Source: Macrostomum lignano (lineage: Eukaryota). Taken from it: a stretch of 64,000 nt of DNA. The stretch spans positions 1 through 64,000 of the forward strand of contig NIVC01002224.1 of NCBI GenBank assembly GCA_002269645.1. The letters are read 5' to 3'. Below, piece by piece: positions 24,305 to 37,164 of this stretch. Below the pieces are notes generated by a model that was given only the letters and a program-made list of their open reading frames with translations, searched no databases and was not told the DNA's origin. Made by a program: the position numbers and the translations under genes. The stretch's first letter is position 1; each line of letters starts with the position of its first letter.

Positions 24305-25898
24305 TCACCGGAACACGTACACAATGAGCAGCACCAGACACAGAGCCGTGACCCCGGCCACCACAATAGCATCGCGCCGCTTCCTCAGGTTGATCTTGTG
24401 AATCAGATTGTTCATAGTCGGGAACCTGGTCGCTACGGCGTTCAAACGATTCTGCACGCCTCGAACGACTCGATTCTGACCGAGCAGATTCTCTTTAACA
24501 GACATGGCCAAGTCGATCTGCTGGTCGGCCAGTCTCTCGCTAGACTTCAGCGACTCATTCTCGGACAGAATCAGGCCGGTCCGACCTTGAGCTCGGAAAG
24601 CGTTGATGTCGGTTCGAACCGAGCCGAGAAGTTCCTCTCGCTCCCTGGCAGCTTCAATGTTGTGCCGGGTGCGTTGGAACTCTTTCTGATAGTCGGTCAG
24701 GATGTCCCGGTGCCGCTGCAGGGTGTGCAGAGAGCCGGCGCCGCTTTCCACGCACTCGGTCATGGCTGAGTGGCAGGAGGACAGCTCGCCTGTGGGGGGG
24801 GCAGGTAAATTTGAAGGTCATTCATTTCAAAATCAATGGATTAGTAGATTGTTTTCCGATAACGAGACTCTCGTGAGCCTGGAATTCCTGCGTTTTAGAG
24901 GTTGATCCAGGTCTTAGGTATTCTCTTTTTTAGGGTTAAGGAGAATTTCGGAACCTCAAAAATCGAGAGAAATTTCCGAACCTCAAGGATCAACGGCAAT
25001 TTCTGATCGTCAAGGATCAAGGGGAATTCCCGAACCTTAACTGATCAAGGATTAAGGATCAAGTAGTCAAGGATCAAGGGGAATTTCTGATTATTAAAGA
25101 TCAACGGCAATTCCTGATCGTAAAGGATCAAGGGGAATTCCGAAAGTTTAAGGATCAATGGGAATTCCCGAACCGCACAGATCATGGGGATTTTCCGAAC
25201 CGCAAAGATCAAGAGGAATTCCTGATCGTCGAGGTCCTAGGGGAATTCCTAAACCTCAAATATCAAGGGGAATTCCCGAACCTCAAAGATAAAGGGAAAT
25301 TCCCGATTATCAAATATCAAGGGGAATTCCCGAACCTCAAAGATTAAGGGGAATTCCCGATCATAAAAAAAATCAAAGGGAATTCCCGAACCTCAAAAGA
25401 TTAATGGGAATTCCCAAACCTCAAAGATCAAGGGAATTCCCGAACCTCAAAGATCAAGGGGAATTCCTGATCATAAAAAATCAAAGGGAATTCCCGAACC
25501 TCAAAACCTCAAAAGATTAATGGGAATTCCCAAACCTCAAAGATCAAGGGAATTCCCGAACCTCAAAAATCAAGGGGAATTCCTGATCGTAAAGTTCCCG
25601 GGGGAATATCTGATTTTCAAATACAAAGACAAATGCTTGCTAGTTTCCTATGCTACTAAAATTCCAATTTCTCACACCCGCAACTCTCACTTAACAGACG
25701 CTCCACCTCCGCGCTCATAGAGGCCAGCATGTGACCGCCAGTTTCGCTGCCGCCGCCGCCGCCGCCGCGACCCGAACTGGCGCCCAGCTTGGACAGGCTG
25801 ACCAGCTTCTGGTCTAGCGAGTTCTCCAGCTGACGCGCCCGCCGTCGAACTTCTTCCCAACGCCTCGCCTGCTGCGCCGGGCCGCTGGTGGCTTCCAT
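24305..25898 (-). CDS. GOSR1: Golgi SNARE GOS-28/GS28, 2 exons, ~230 aa
   Basis: Exon 1 at 25898-25691 (WEEVRRRARQLENSLDQKLVSLSKL) and exon 2 at 24789-24305 (HTLQRHRDILTDYQKEF...REREELLGSVR...RFPTMNNLIHKINLRKRRDAIVVAG plus C-terminal TM). GT-AG intron; 693 nt in frame. An alternative ATG lies at 25904. Confidence 0.95.
24950..25600 (+). repeat. 27-bp minisatellite (GATCAAGGGGAATTCCCGAACCTCAAA)n in the GOSR1 intron
   Basis: Degenerate tandem copies seen directly. Confidence 0.9.
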
Positions 25899-26165
25899 AA
25901 ACATTTATTTATTAAATAAGTAATTATTTTTTAGATAATCAGTTCAGGCGCCAATAATATTAATACTTGTGCAGCGCAGAAAAGTGTTTGATATTGGAGC
26001 AATAGTTTGAATTCATATTTTATAATTTTCACCATACATGGGATGGAATATATGGTGCTGATATTAATTTTATTCAAATGAAAGACATAACTTTAAAAAG
26101 CATATTTGCATAACAAAATGAATATGACTTTAGTTACTTTACTATGTAGTGAGCCGCTAGTTTAT

Positions 26166-27045
26166 TGTTAGGCGTCGCCCTTGTCAGCTTTTCCTTCGCC
26201 TCCGCCCTGGGTTGCTGTCTGCCGCTGGTCAGCTTCCCGCCCCTCCCTTTCGCGTGTCTGCTGCTGCCTGTGGCCTGTTCTGGCCTTCTGCGTCTCCGTT
26301 CTCAGCCCCCAGCCTCTTGGCTGTGGGCTGTCTCTGTTTCGCTCCCGTCCCGTTTTCCCTGTCTTGTGAGCAAGTCACATGACAGTTCTTGCGTTCTTTG
26401 AGTCTTAAAGTGCAGTAAACATGTTTACTGCACTTGTTGGCCCTGTTTACCGGGTGAGTCACGTGCTTTCGGACCCCTCCCTTCTCTAAGGAGAGGAGTG
26501 ACTCATGTTGCTAAAAATAGCAACTGAGTCACAGCCGCGTGTACTCTGGCCGGGGACCTCAAGTGACGTCAGTTCTAAAAATAGAACAAGTCACGAGGTC
26601 TTCCGCACGCTTGTACCCTGCCCAAGACTCTCGAGTGACGTCAGTTCTAAAAATAGAACAAGTCACAAGGTCTGGAGCATGGGAATTTCCCGGCTATAAA
26701 TAGGAGCCCTCTCCCCCTTGTTTCCGTCAAGGAGTCTTCCTTTAGTTCTTGATTCCAGAGTTTTAAGACCCATGTGCATTAGCGTCTGAACTGAGTGCCC
26801 GACTGCATACATTGAGTCTGTTCGTATTGGTCTGACTGAGACCCGACCAAAGCGCCCCAAGCCTACGAGAGACTAACTCAGCCCTCCCTCTGCCATCCAA
26901 GCCCGGCAGGTACTGCTGACGAGACGCCTTATACGTTGAGCTGCAAATCTGCACGTTGTGCTGTGTTCGTTGACTTCATTATTTCGTTCTAACGGGAAGC
27001 TCACCTCACCGAAGGCCGAGACCTGAAGGAACTGGTGGCAGCACT
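26166..27045 (+). mobile_element. LTR-like segment followed by tRNA-Leu PBS-like motif (retrotransposon remnant)
   Basis: Starts TGTTAG; has a 32-bp direct repeat (26563-26594, 26635-26666), TATAAA at 26695 and TGGTGGCAGC at 27033-27042. Homologous to 32590-32910 through exact 18- and 17-mers. No gag/pol follows. Confidence 0.55.
26408..26700 (+). promoter_or_regulatory. Dense enhancer/promoter-like motif cluster (FOX palindrome, 3 AP-1, 2 CRE, kappaB, TATA)
   Basis: 28-bp perfect palindrome at 26408-26435; TGAGTCA at 26455 and 26525, TGACTCA at 26499; TGACGTCA in both direct repeats; GGGAATTTCC at 26681; TATAAA at 26695. Confidence 0.5.
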
Positions 27046-27310
27046 ACCTACGCTACTAAAGTTAAGAAGGCTTTTAAGTAAGAGGACGGAGCCCAAGTCA
27101 CTGCGCTGTACAGCAGGACAACCACAGGTACAACAACTAAAGCAGACTAAATTTGGCATATAATTTTTTCCTTGCACTATGCACTAATATTTAAAGTTGT
27201 TATAGCCCAAAACTAAGTTATGTTTGCTTTTTATAATATGCAATTGCATTGCAAAGGTTTTTATTTGCAAAAACCTACTATGAATTCAAATCTGCTTTTT
27301 GCATACACAT

Positions 27311-29254
27311 TGGCCAATCCGGCCAACCAAGGTAAGTTGCAAAAATGCCCACCCCAAAAAATACAGATGTAGTACTAATTAGATGATGAGGCATTTAGCC
27401 CTTATAATACAGTTATAGTTACTTTTGCCATTTACCCAAAATTGCATTAATTTTGCTTTAGGGTTTTTTCACAGGTAAGTTGCATTTTTTGATAAAAACT
27501 GTCACATTTTTTGTTAAAACTAAGTTGCATGGCCAAGCAAATTTTGGAGGTTGCGCATATATGGACAAGTCATTGGACATTCATAGAATTTCCTACTTCT
27601 AGTTTGTCCAAGCCTTTATTTAAGTATGAATTTGAACTTTTGATATTCATGTTTGTAAGAAAATTAATAATAATCATATCATAACAATTTTTATAAAATT
27701 GTATTCAAATTAAATTAAATACAAAAATAATATAGATTCACAAAAGATATCACAAAAAATAAACAATTAATAATTACTAATCAATGGAATCTATGAATGG
27801 TACTAAGCTGCATACTTTCATTTCTTTCTTTTGTGCTGATTGCATTAAGTGCATTGGAGAAATGGCCAATTTGTACTAGAAAAGTTAATGAAACCTACTA
27901 CTTTTCTGACTATAAGGGATGATCAAAAAGTTCTGCAACCTACTCTTCTATAGTCATTTTGGCTATACCAAATGAATAAAATTCTATACATAGCTGGCTA
28001 ATTTTGTTATTAATTTAAGTGTGGAAATTTGTTAAAATTAAATATTAGTTATATGGCTGGATTCCAACCATTTATATTTTTTGCTTCTGCATAGAACCTT
28101 TCAAAGACCATATTTGCTTCTTTATCTATATGTATATACAGCTAAGTCAAAGAGCTATAGACATCCACCAATTAATTTGGATTTAGTTTTTCTTGAATTT
28201 GTACCATATTTTAATATTAAAGCACATTGGTTTGATAGTCAATTGAGTATCTGAGATAAACCCAGCCTAGGCAACCTTGGATATCTATGACTAAGGGGTT
28301 AGTAACCTATGCAGAAGCCATTGTGCATGAGGATTAAAGAATTATACTGAGATTCATCGCTTATAAGCTTAGAATGAGCTATGGTAGCACTCACAACATT
28401 AAATATGCATAAAAAGCTAATGCACTATAGTAAGACTTATGCATATTGGTTGTTACATTTGCTTATAGTAGAGCAATGAGCTAAGCATATAGGCCTAAGC
28501 ATATGCTGACTATGGCAATAGATATTTAAACCTAATAGCCCTAGAAGGTTGTCTGATATTGTAATAGACAACAAATAATAGATTCCTTTTTTAGAATAAA
28601 GAAAAGCAGTCCAACATAGTCTAGTTGACCAAAAAAGGCTAGGCTAAGTTTTAAAGAGCCAATGAACTGTGAAGGGCTAATGCACACTAGAAAAATCTGG
28701 CATATAGGATACCTTCTAGACCCAAGAAGATAGAAAATAGAAAGAAAAATACTTTGTAAAAGAGAAAAAAGAACTTTTTTTAAATATTCATTTGGCTTTT
28801 CTTGAGATGATAACAAACTAAATAATCTTTCATAGAAATGCACATTTAAAAAACTATAATGTGCTATCTATAAAACTAGGTGTTATTATATTTTAAAATT
28901 TAAAATAAGTTATAATATAAGTCATTATAAAATATAAAGCCAATATAATAAACTATTTGTTTCAATTCTTAAAAAGGTATAACTAATCTTTTATTTTAGA
29001 TATAGTCCCATACATGCACAACCTCCAAAATTTGGTCAGCCGTGTGACTTAGTTTTAACAAAAATGTGACATAGTTTTTGGCCGAAAATGGGACTTACAT
29101 GTAAAATGCAATGAATGCAACTTTGGGTAAACGGCAGGAGTAACTATGACTGTCTTATAAAGCCAAAATGCCTCGTCAGCTACTTAGTACTACTACTTTG
29201 TGTTTTTCTGGTGGGCATTTTTGTGACTTCCATGGTTGGCTGCCAAATTGGCCA
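27311..29254. mobile_element. Pair of ~250-bp inverted repeats (27311-27566 / 29005-29254) enclosing ~1.4 kb; MITE/foldback-like
   Basis: The reverse complement of 27311-27566 aligns by eye to 29005-29254; a partial third copy lies at ~31115-31180. Confidence 0.65.
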
Positions 29255-29524
29255 GCCAGATCAGCCGACTTGGCGACTGTTGGCCCTGGTCTAGTTTCAA
29301 GATGTGATTTTTGAACCTAGGATACCATAGTTTGGAAGTAGTGGATTTTGGGTTGGCTTTGGCAGACATATAGACATAAATAATTGAATATACTTATATA
29401 TTAATACGAGGCCAACTCCTCTTTTGGAGAAGAAAGGGGAAGAACTCCCATCACCGGAATTCCATTCCCTGAACTCCATCAGCCTAATCCCATTTTCCAA
29501 CAGCTCTCCGCGCAATAGAAATCA

Positions 29525-29700
29525 TCTCTGTGAAACTGAACACTATCAAAATTGTCTCCGTGAAACTGAACACCATCAAAATTGTCTTAGTGAAACTGAA
29601 CACCATTGAAATCGTCTCTGTGAAACCGAACACCATCAAAATCCTCTCTGCAAAATAGAAATCCTCTCCATGAAACTGGACTCAATCAAAATTTCTCCGT
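29525..29700 (+). repeat. Short decayed ~30-bp tandem repeat (TGAAACTGAACACCATCAAAATTGTCTC..)
   Basis: About 5 degenerate copies. Confidence 0.75.
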
Positions 29701-31651
29701 CAAACAGAACTCAGCTCTTAGAATTCATTCTATACACAGCTGCGTGTTGAAAGGGGCTGGTAGAAAAAGCATTTTTTTCTCATTCAGTCAATATCATGGT
29801 CTCAGTTAGAGTTAACAAAAAGATTGTGCAATCTAATTCAACCCTCCAATACACAGCGACCAATTCCCTTCCAATATGCAGTGGCAATTAAAGAGAAATA
29901 TTTATTTATTTTTAGCTCATAGCATCCAAGCTACAATAAGTTGAAGTTTAGTCTATGGCCATAGACATATTGAGCTCTCACTGCGGAAAAATACACTAAT
30001 TAGATAGGGAAAATACAGTTTTTTGAATATTTAATCCCTTTAGCAATGAGCTAGAGCTCATTAAAATAGCTTAAAGCCTGCTCTGGAAAATTTGCAGTTT
30101 TCCCATATAAGTTTCGACGCTGACTTGGCAGTATTGTAGGAGTTCACTTGCTACATATATACAGACAGACAAACAAACATTGCACTACTTTTAGTATTAG
30201 GAGAGAAGAGAAGAGATAAGGATAAGGATCAATCAACATTGCTATGCTAATAATATATATTTATGTAATGTTAGGCCTAGGAATTTATTCTTTTGTTTGT
30301 TAGAAAGTTGTTAGGGCCTATTATTGTTAAAACACTTGCTAAAATAAAAATATTGAATAAGGCCTTACTTATTATAATAAAACATGAAATATTTGATAAT
30401 ATATAAGCCTAAAACATCATTCTTATGTTTTTATCCTGATTTTTTGCAACCTTTCTACTTGTCTCTATTTTCAAAACAGGCCTACTTTATCTTCATTCCA
30501 CTGTTTAATTTTAAATGTCAACTTTATTTTGTTGCATTTATGAATTCTTTGGCATTAGCCTCTAAAACATGATAGCACTTTTATAAGGTGTTGTGCTGCC
30601 ACAATGCAAAGGCCTAATCAAAAGGAATTAAGGAAACTCTTTGTAAAGAGGACAGTTCAAGCATAGGAACATCAATATATCAAGAGTCTTGATCCATAGT
30701 CAATAGTTCTTAGGAGACTTTAGTCCAGTAAAAAGCAAAAAGCCTTGCTTCACAGTGGCATTCTCTGCAGTGAATGTCAGCACTACCTTAGCTAAACAGG
30801 ATAGAAGTGGCCAGTGACTGGATCAGCATGCAGCCATGATCAGAAGTTTCCACCAGCCAGCTTGATGTCTCTGGCTTGCAGTTGACCACTCAGAGCCACT
30901 TCTGGCTCTACAGGATCTCTATATGCTGCTTGAGAAAATATCTTGGGCCTGGGCGTAAGCTCACAGTTTAGCTTTAGAACGGTCGCTACCATAGGGCCTA
31001 CATGCGCAACCCCCTGATTTGTGATTTACAGTGGGTAGGTACACCGTGCGATCCATGCGACTCACTTTTTGATAGGTAGGGGCCTACTGTTTCCCTACCT
31101 ATATAAAAAAGCAAAAATTAACGTAATTGTGGGTAAACGGCGGGAGTAAATATGACTGTATTGTAAAGGCTAAATGCCTTTACACTCAGCAGATCTCGGT
31201 TTATCTTAAGTTCTCCGTAGCGGCTACATTTCTGCATTCGGCATTCCGAATCTGAAATACGGCATTTAACTAGACCGCTCAGCCACGATCACATCACAGC
31301 TACCCTCCCCTGAGCCTGAGGAACTCAGCAGATGGAGCTCCCCCTTATTTCGCACCCCGAGTTCGTTCAAGTTTGTTTAAATCGCAAAACCGAACAGCCA
31401 AACCCGAAGTCTCCGAGCCGCCACCCCAAGAAATTTTATCTCAAACCACCCCGGTCGTTCTCAAAATCATCGAATCATTCCACTTTTGAATTGTTTTTTA
31501 GGTCTTAGAATATTTTAACAAAAAAGTGCAACAAATTTTATAGTTTTAAGCGTTTTAAGCAGAAAATACAGATATCATTTAAATCATAAAAAATTTTGTA
31601 TTATTTAAACTGTTTAGTATGGGGTTGATCCGGTAAGATTAAATAGGATTA

Positions 31652-32910
31652 TGTGGTAGGCCGGTCTACCACTGGGGAGAACGACGGCAGGCCTCTAGCG
31701 CGAACACCGGCGGGACATTCCACCCAGTTCCACGGACGGATTGACGTCATTTTTTTCAATTTTTGTTCCCTGGTTTGTTCCCCCGGTTGTTCCCGCCCTT
31801 GCTCCCTCGTCTGTTCCCTTTTCTGTTCCCTCCCTTGGCCCCTGTTGTTTTAATGTTTCCAGCGGCCGGGTTTTCCTTTTTCCCTTCGTTGTCCCTTCCC
31901 TTGTCCCATCCTCCGTCCCACCCCTGGGATCCTTCCCGCCAAAATGTTATTTATATGAGTTTTCTCTGGAGACCTTTTTTCCTTTAGTTCTTTTTGTTCG
32001 GTAGTTTTAGTTTTGTGTGTGTTAGTTTAGTTAGTTTTAGTTTTAATTCTAGTTCTCCTTTTCTGTTTCTGATCGTTTCATCTCGCGTAGCAGTAATAAC
32101 AATCGGTAACAACAATTAACGTTATAATAATAATAAGTTCGCCACATTTAATTATTCATTCAGTTGTTCAGAATCGAAGCCTTTAGTTTCTATTGAGTCA
32201 TTTGCCCGCGGGGCGTAAAATAACCAATCAGTCTCATCTCAAAGAAAGCTCTGAGACCCTAAACGTTCCGTAAAACGACATTTACGGTGGTGGCAGCGCT
32301 ACTTTACTACTGAGAGTAACACAACTAGCAAACCTCGACGAATTACGAGTTTACGGTGTCTGAGGACCCATTCTGAACGACTCGGGCCGCTACTAGACCG
32401 CTCGACTACGATTACGACTACCCTCCCCCCGGAATTGAGGACCCGGCAGACGGAGTAACCAAGGAGAAGAATCAACGCATCAATTGCACAATTTTCCGGC
32501 TTTACGTGCCGACGACAAACCCAAATTTTATTCTCCCAATTTCAAATTTTTCTTTTTATTTTCTTCTCCACCCCCACCTCAATTACCCCTCAGCCTTGTT
32601 TCCGTCAAGGATTTTCTCATTTATAAGATCAGTAATCGGCATCACTTAATTCAGTCCAAGTTCTTTTTCCGACTTATTGTGTGCTTAATCAGTTCCCGTC
32701 CGAAACCCATCAGACCCCTGAGTCTGATCTGAGACTACTGCACCACCCTCTCAGCCATTCCTCATTGAGCCCAGAAGGATCTGCTGACAAGTTATTTTTT
32801 GGAATCTTAATCAAATCTGCACGGAGTCACTCGACCTGTTTAATTTTGTTCGAACGCGGACCCTAGCTCACCTCACCGAAGACGTCCCCAAGGGCCAGTG
32901 GCAGCACTAT
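31652..32910 (+). mobile_element. Nested or degenerate LTR-retrotransposon remnants (TGTGG...ACGACA, then PBS TGGTGGCAGCG, then a second LTR-like piece)
   Basis: TGTGGT start with a hairpin at 31653-31672, TGACGTCA at 31742, ACGACA at 32275-32280 and an 11-nt tRNA-Leu complement at 32288-32298. 32594-32908 is homologous to 26716-27048. Confidence 0.5.
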
Positions 32911-34761
32911 ATCGAGCTACATTACTATTGAAAGCTACTATTAAAGAGCTTTAATTAATTAATAATTGTATGACGTGCTTAGCCGTGCTAGGACCTAGGC
33001 TGCTCGCCACACGATCAAGCTAGATCATGGGGATGACCATCTGACAGGAGTGGGGGGCCGGCCAAGACTCACTGATTTATTTGTTAGACCTGAGGCCCGA
33101 AGGCTTCCCCACAAGGGGGTCGAAACCCATCAATATGGACTACCTAAAGAGAGTCATTTCGTCATCCACCAATCATATTACTCGTAGTTCCAACTTCAAG
33201 TGAATTAATGTGACAATCAAACATATTTATTACTTGGAATCCTATGATCCCAGTCATTTTGTCATCTCGATTGATAAAACCTGTCGATCGATCGGTTCTG
33301 CTCAGCTTGCCGCAGCTTATAGAGTTTACACTAACTTGAATCCCATCCCATACAGATTGATTGGTTGATGACGAAGTATCCAGCATAACTAAATATTTGG
33401 TCACTTTGCCATATTATTTTTCAAGCTACTTTGCTTCTAGTCACTTTGTGCGGACAGCAAATGGGGCTGCTTTACTTGCCATTGAAACTGCAACTGTCAG
33501 AAGCAAGTGTATTTTTAAGTCATTAAACTTAGGTAGTCAAATTAGCATTTAGGTGTATTACAAGCTACAATATTAATTTGTTTTTATGTATATTTTCTGT
33601 GAAATCGATTACCAAAATTTAAATGTGTTGAAATCAATAACTTAAAATATAGTCGTCTGCTTCTTCTTATAAAAAACTTCTAAAAAGGACTAAAATCTAT
33701 ATATAGCTATATATTAATTATTGTCGATCATTATACTCTTTTATGTAGCTAGTTATTAAAAATCTAAAAAAAACTTGACATTCAATAAATTTTTATCTGT
33801 CAAAAAATGTCATTAGCCATAGCCAATAGCCATGTACACATATGTAAAGATTTCTTCTGCTACATTTGAGTTTGTAACTTTTGTTTCCATTGATTTTAAA
33901 TATATTAAAGTTAATATGAAAGAGAGTTGAACACTTAATTGGTGCAAAATAATGTTATTTGGATCATTAGAATAAGAGATAGGGCCTAACTATATTTATT
34001 CACTTATATTGTGCTAGGGGTAACTTCTGTCCTTACAAATGATTCCTTAGCTGTCACTAAAGTTGTCAAAGGGCTAAACTCCTGTTTTTATAAATGTTGG
34101 TAGCTGCCACCAGGATTATCTTATTAATAAATTATTAGTTTATCAATCTTAGAATAATCCGAGAAATGTTTCTTAGAATTGATCTGAGTATATATCTTAG
34201 TATTTAGTCTGAGTATTATCTGATTCCGGTAGCATTTACTGTATTTTTGGCCTGAGTGGTCTATTGGCTATACTGGTATATGTATTCCATGTACTTTGCA
34301 AGTCCTTGGGTGTTACCGAGATCAGAGGGTCATAGCCTCCACTTATTCTTACATATATCACTTCAGATCTGCTTTGTATTCTCTCACTACTTAATACTGC
34401 TGCTTCTCAATAGTATGTACTGTATACACTTTAGTCTATTTCACTCTTATTTTGTAAAAGGAATTAACACAGAAAACACTTCTTCAATTCTTATTTTCTT
34501 GGAACTCTTACTATTCGCTATCAATTACTTATTGCGGAACTGCAATGCGCGAGGTTGTCTTCTCATTTGCTGAAATTGCTTCTATTTATACTAAAATTTG
34601 CTATAGTTTTAAATAAAAATTCATTAGTGCAAAATATTATAGAAAATATGAGTATTAAAACAAAATACATTTCTTAGTTTTGGCATGAATTCAAATTGAC
34701 TAAATGGTGACTATTTTATAAAGAAATTGGCAGGGGCCCTGCACAATATTTATAGTAACTA

Positions 34762-35363
34762 GTTGTTTCGCCCATAAACCGTTTTGGCCATGGACATTTT
34801 GCCCCCAGATCATTTCGCCCATAGACCATTTTGGTCATGGACTGTTTCGCCTCCAATTCGGACCAGGGTTGAAATGAACAAAGTCATGAGCTGAGAGTAT
34901 GCGAGATGAGACAAAAGTACCAAAGAGCACTGACAACCAACAATACAATTTATTATTGCTTCTTCCTTGCTTCTGTTGCATAACCAAAGCCAAAGATTGA
35001 AATGACTTACATGTACAGCAGTTTTTTACTTTACTTTACCCTTTCTCATCCTCTGTACAAATTGGCTATAATTATCACACTTTTAAAAGGAATGATTTTA
35101 AAAAACTCGTAATAATTCATAATCGTAATAAACAAAATTACGATAATGCAATAACACAATTGTTGTGGCAACAATTCAGATCATATTTTATTACAAATTA
35201 AAACTAAAAATAAGCTTTAAAAAAAATAACAATGTATATATGGCTACCATTGTGGCCAAAATGCCAATTGTCGAACTGGTCTATGTATATGCAAAACTGA
35301 CAATGGGCAAAATGGTCTGGGGGCAAAATGTCCATGACCAAAACGGTTTGGGGATGAAACAAC
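34762..35363. mobile_element. ~600-bp MITE-like element with ~70-bp imperfect terminal inverted repeats
   Basis: GTTGTTTCGCCCATAAACCGTTTTGGCCATGGACATTTTGCCCCCAGA matches the reverse complement of TCTGGGGGCAAAATGTCCATGACCAAAACGGTTTGGGGATGAAACAAC. No TSD was resolved. Confidence 0.7.
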
Positions 35364-37164
35364 CGGAATTCATATTTATTCCTTAGGCTTAAAGGTCTAA
35401 AACATACATTTTACATATATTGGTTAGGGAAAATAGACAAGGGGGATTTGATTTGAATACTTGCAATACACTTAACCAAGATAGTCACAACTGTTTATTG
35501 CAGCTTTTTGGTTTGACAATTGTATACTTTTTTTATTGTTTGATATTTTTATATTTATATAAACATATTATTTTTATAAATAAATTTATATTATTTTTAG
35601 TTTTATATTTATTTGATAAGTATATTATATTTTTGATATTGTTTCTTGTTGTTGACAATAGAATTAATATAATATAAATCATATATACACAAAACCCAGC
35701 TAATCTGGTTAGGTAAAAAGGCTTCTAAGGCAAGTACATTTCAAAACAACTTATTATGCTACTTATGCTATTGCTATTTTTTTCTATTAGATTTTCATCT
35801 TGTTTAAAACCAAAGCTATCATTTTAATAATAAGTTATATTTAAAGCTAAGTACTATAGGCATAGTCCAGGTCATGTTGAGTGCATGCCAGAATGCTCTG
35901 AGCGAATGCACGCCAGTGCCAAGCAACTGCGCATCAAACTAATATATTATACTTATACATAACTTTTTACATTTAAAAATAGCATTTCAAAAAATGCGTT
36001 TTAAAACTTTTGTAGCATGCAAATATACACTGTTTATTTTTGGTACATTAAAATTTGCTTGTCATTTTGTAATAAAAAATAAATATAAATTCTTGACTTT
36101 ACAAGACCATGTCTTTTTATGAATTTTTGTCTCAACAAAACATACCCCAGTATTACTCCAGGCCATATTCTAGGCTAGCTATTCTATGCCATAGTATGCT
36201 AGCATGTCACTTTTGGTATACAATACCTAAATACATGCCAATATATGCCACAATTTTTAGGCCAAACAAAATACATGCCAGAATTTTCTAGTATGATATA
36301 TGCTTTCTAGAATATAGGCTGAATGGATCAATTGATTGATTGACTAGCTAGGTTAATACATATTTTATCCTAGATGGCTGGCAACTCAAATGCAAGACTT
36401 ATATCAATATAAATATAAATATATCAATTTAGAATTTTCTTAGACAACAACCTTATTTGGCTACTTTGCTTTTCTAGTGAAGGGATAATAGCACATTTGT
36501 AAAACAATTATCACAACCTTAGCTTATAGGTTGCTATGTATTAAAAGGGGTAGGTAACACATGTTCTAGGTTCAATGCAAATACTTTTCCCATAATGTGT
36601 TGGGGCTGCAATAATTAAATTTTGAATAATTCCCTTAGAACAAAGGAGGATAGTTAGGCTAAGTATACAAAGCAATGTATAGTATAAAACATAGGCTAAG
36701 GATAGCTAAGACTATGTTGAGATTCAATTGGTTTTATTAGCTCATATTGGCACTTTTTAATAGACAGCCCTGTGTACTAGCTAGATAGTGAAATTCAATG
36801 AATAAGCTTGCAAGCCTCTTATTGTAGCAGGCAGTGAATATATACTCAATATTTTAATGCTTTAAATCAGAAATTTCGAATGCTAATTGTTCTTAAGTTT
36901 TAAGTTTTGAGAGAAAAGAATTATATTGCTAGAAAGATCTTGCAACACAAAGTTAGGGAATATAAGTTGTTTGCTTTAAATATGAAAACAAAAAGCATAG
37001 CATTAAAGAAACAATTCCTATACTTTTAAGCTTTCTGCAAATATTGTATTTAGGGAGGGGGTTGTGTACACAAATTCAAGCTAGCTATCATTTCAGTAAT
37101 TTCAGTTATGGAGGAGGTGGGTGACAAATTTCAATTGGTTTTATTATTGGTGCTTTCAGTCAGT

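Noticed and set aside
31072-31102. 10-bp stem hairpin as a Helitron 3' end or terminator
   Set aside because: No CTRR terminus and no matching 5' TC end; intrinsic terminators are not relevant here.
33085-33150. Hammerhead-ribozyme-like fold (CCGAAGG...CCCC-ACAA-GGGG...CGAAAC-CCAT-CAAT-ATGG), Penelope-like
   Set aside because: The core deviates from CUGANGA and there is no proper NUH or stem III closure; at most a decayed relic. An Infernal search with the hammerhead models would settle it.
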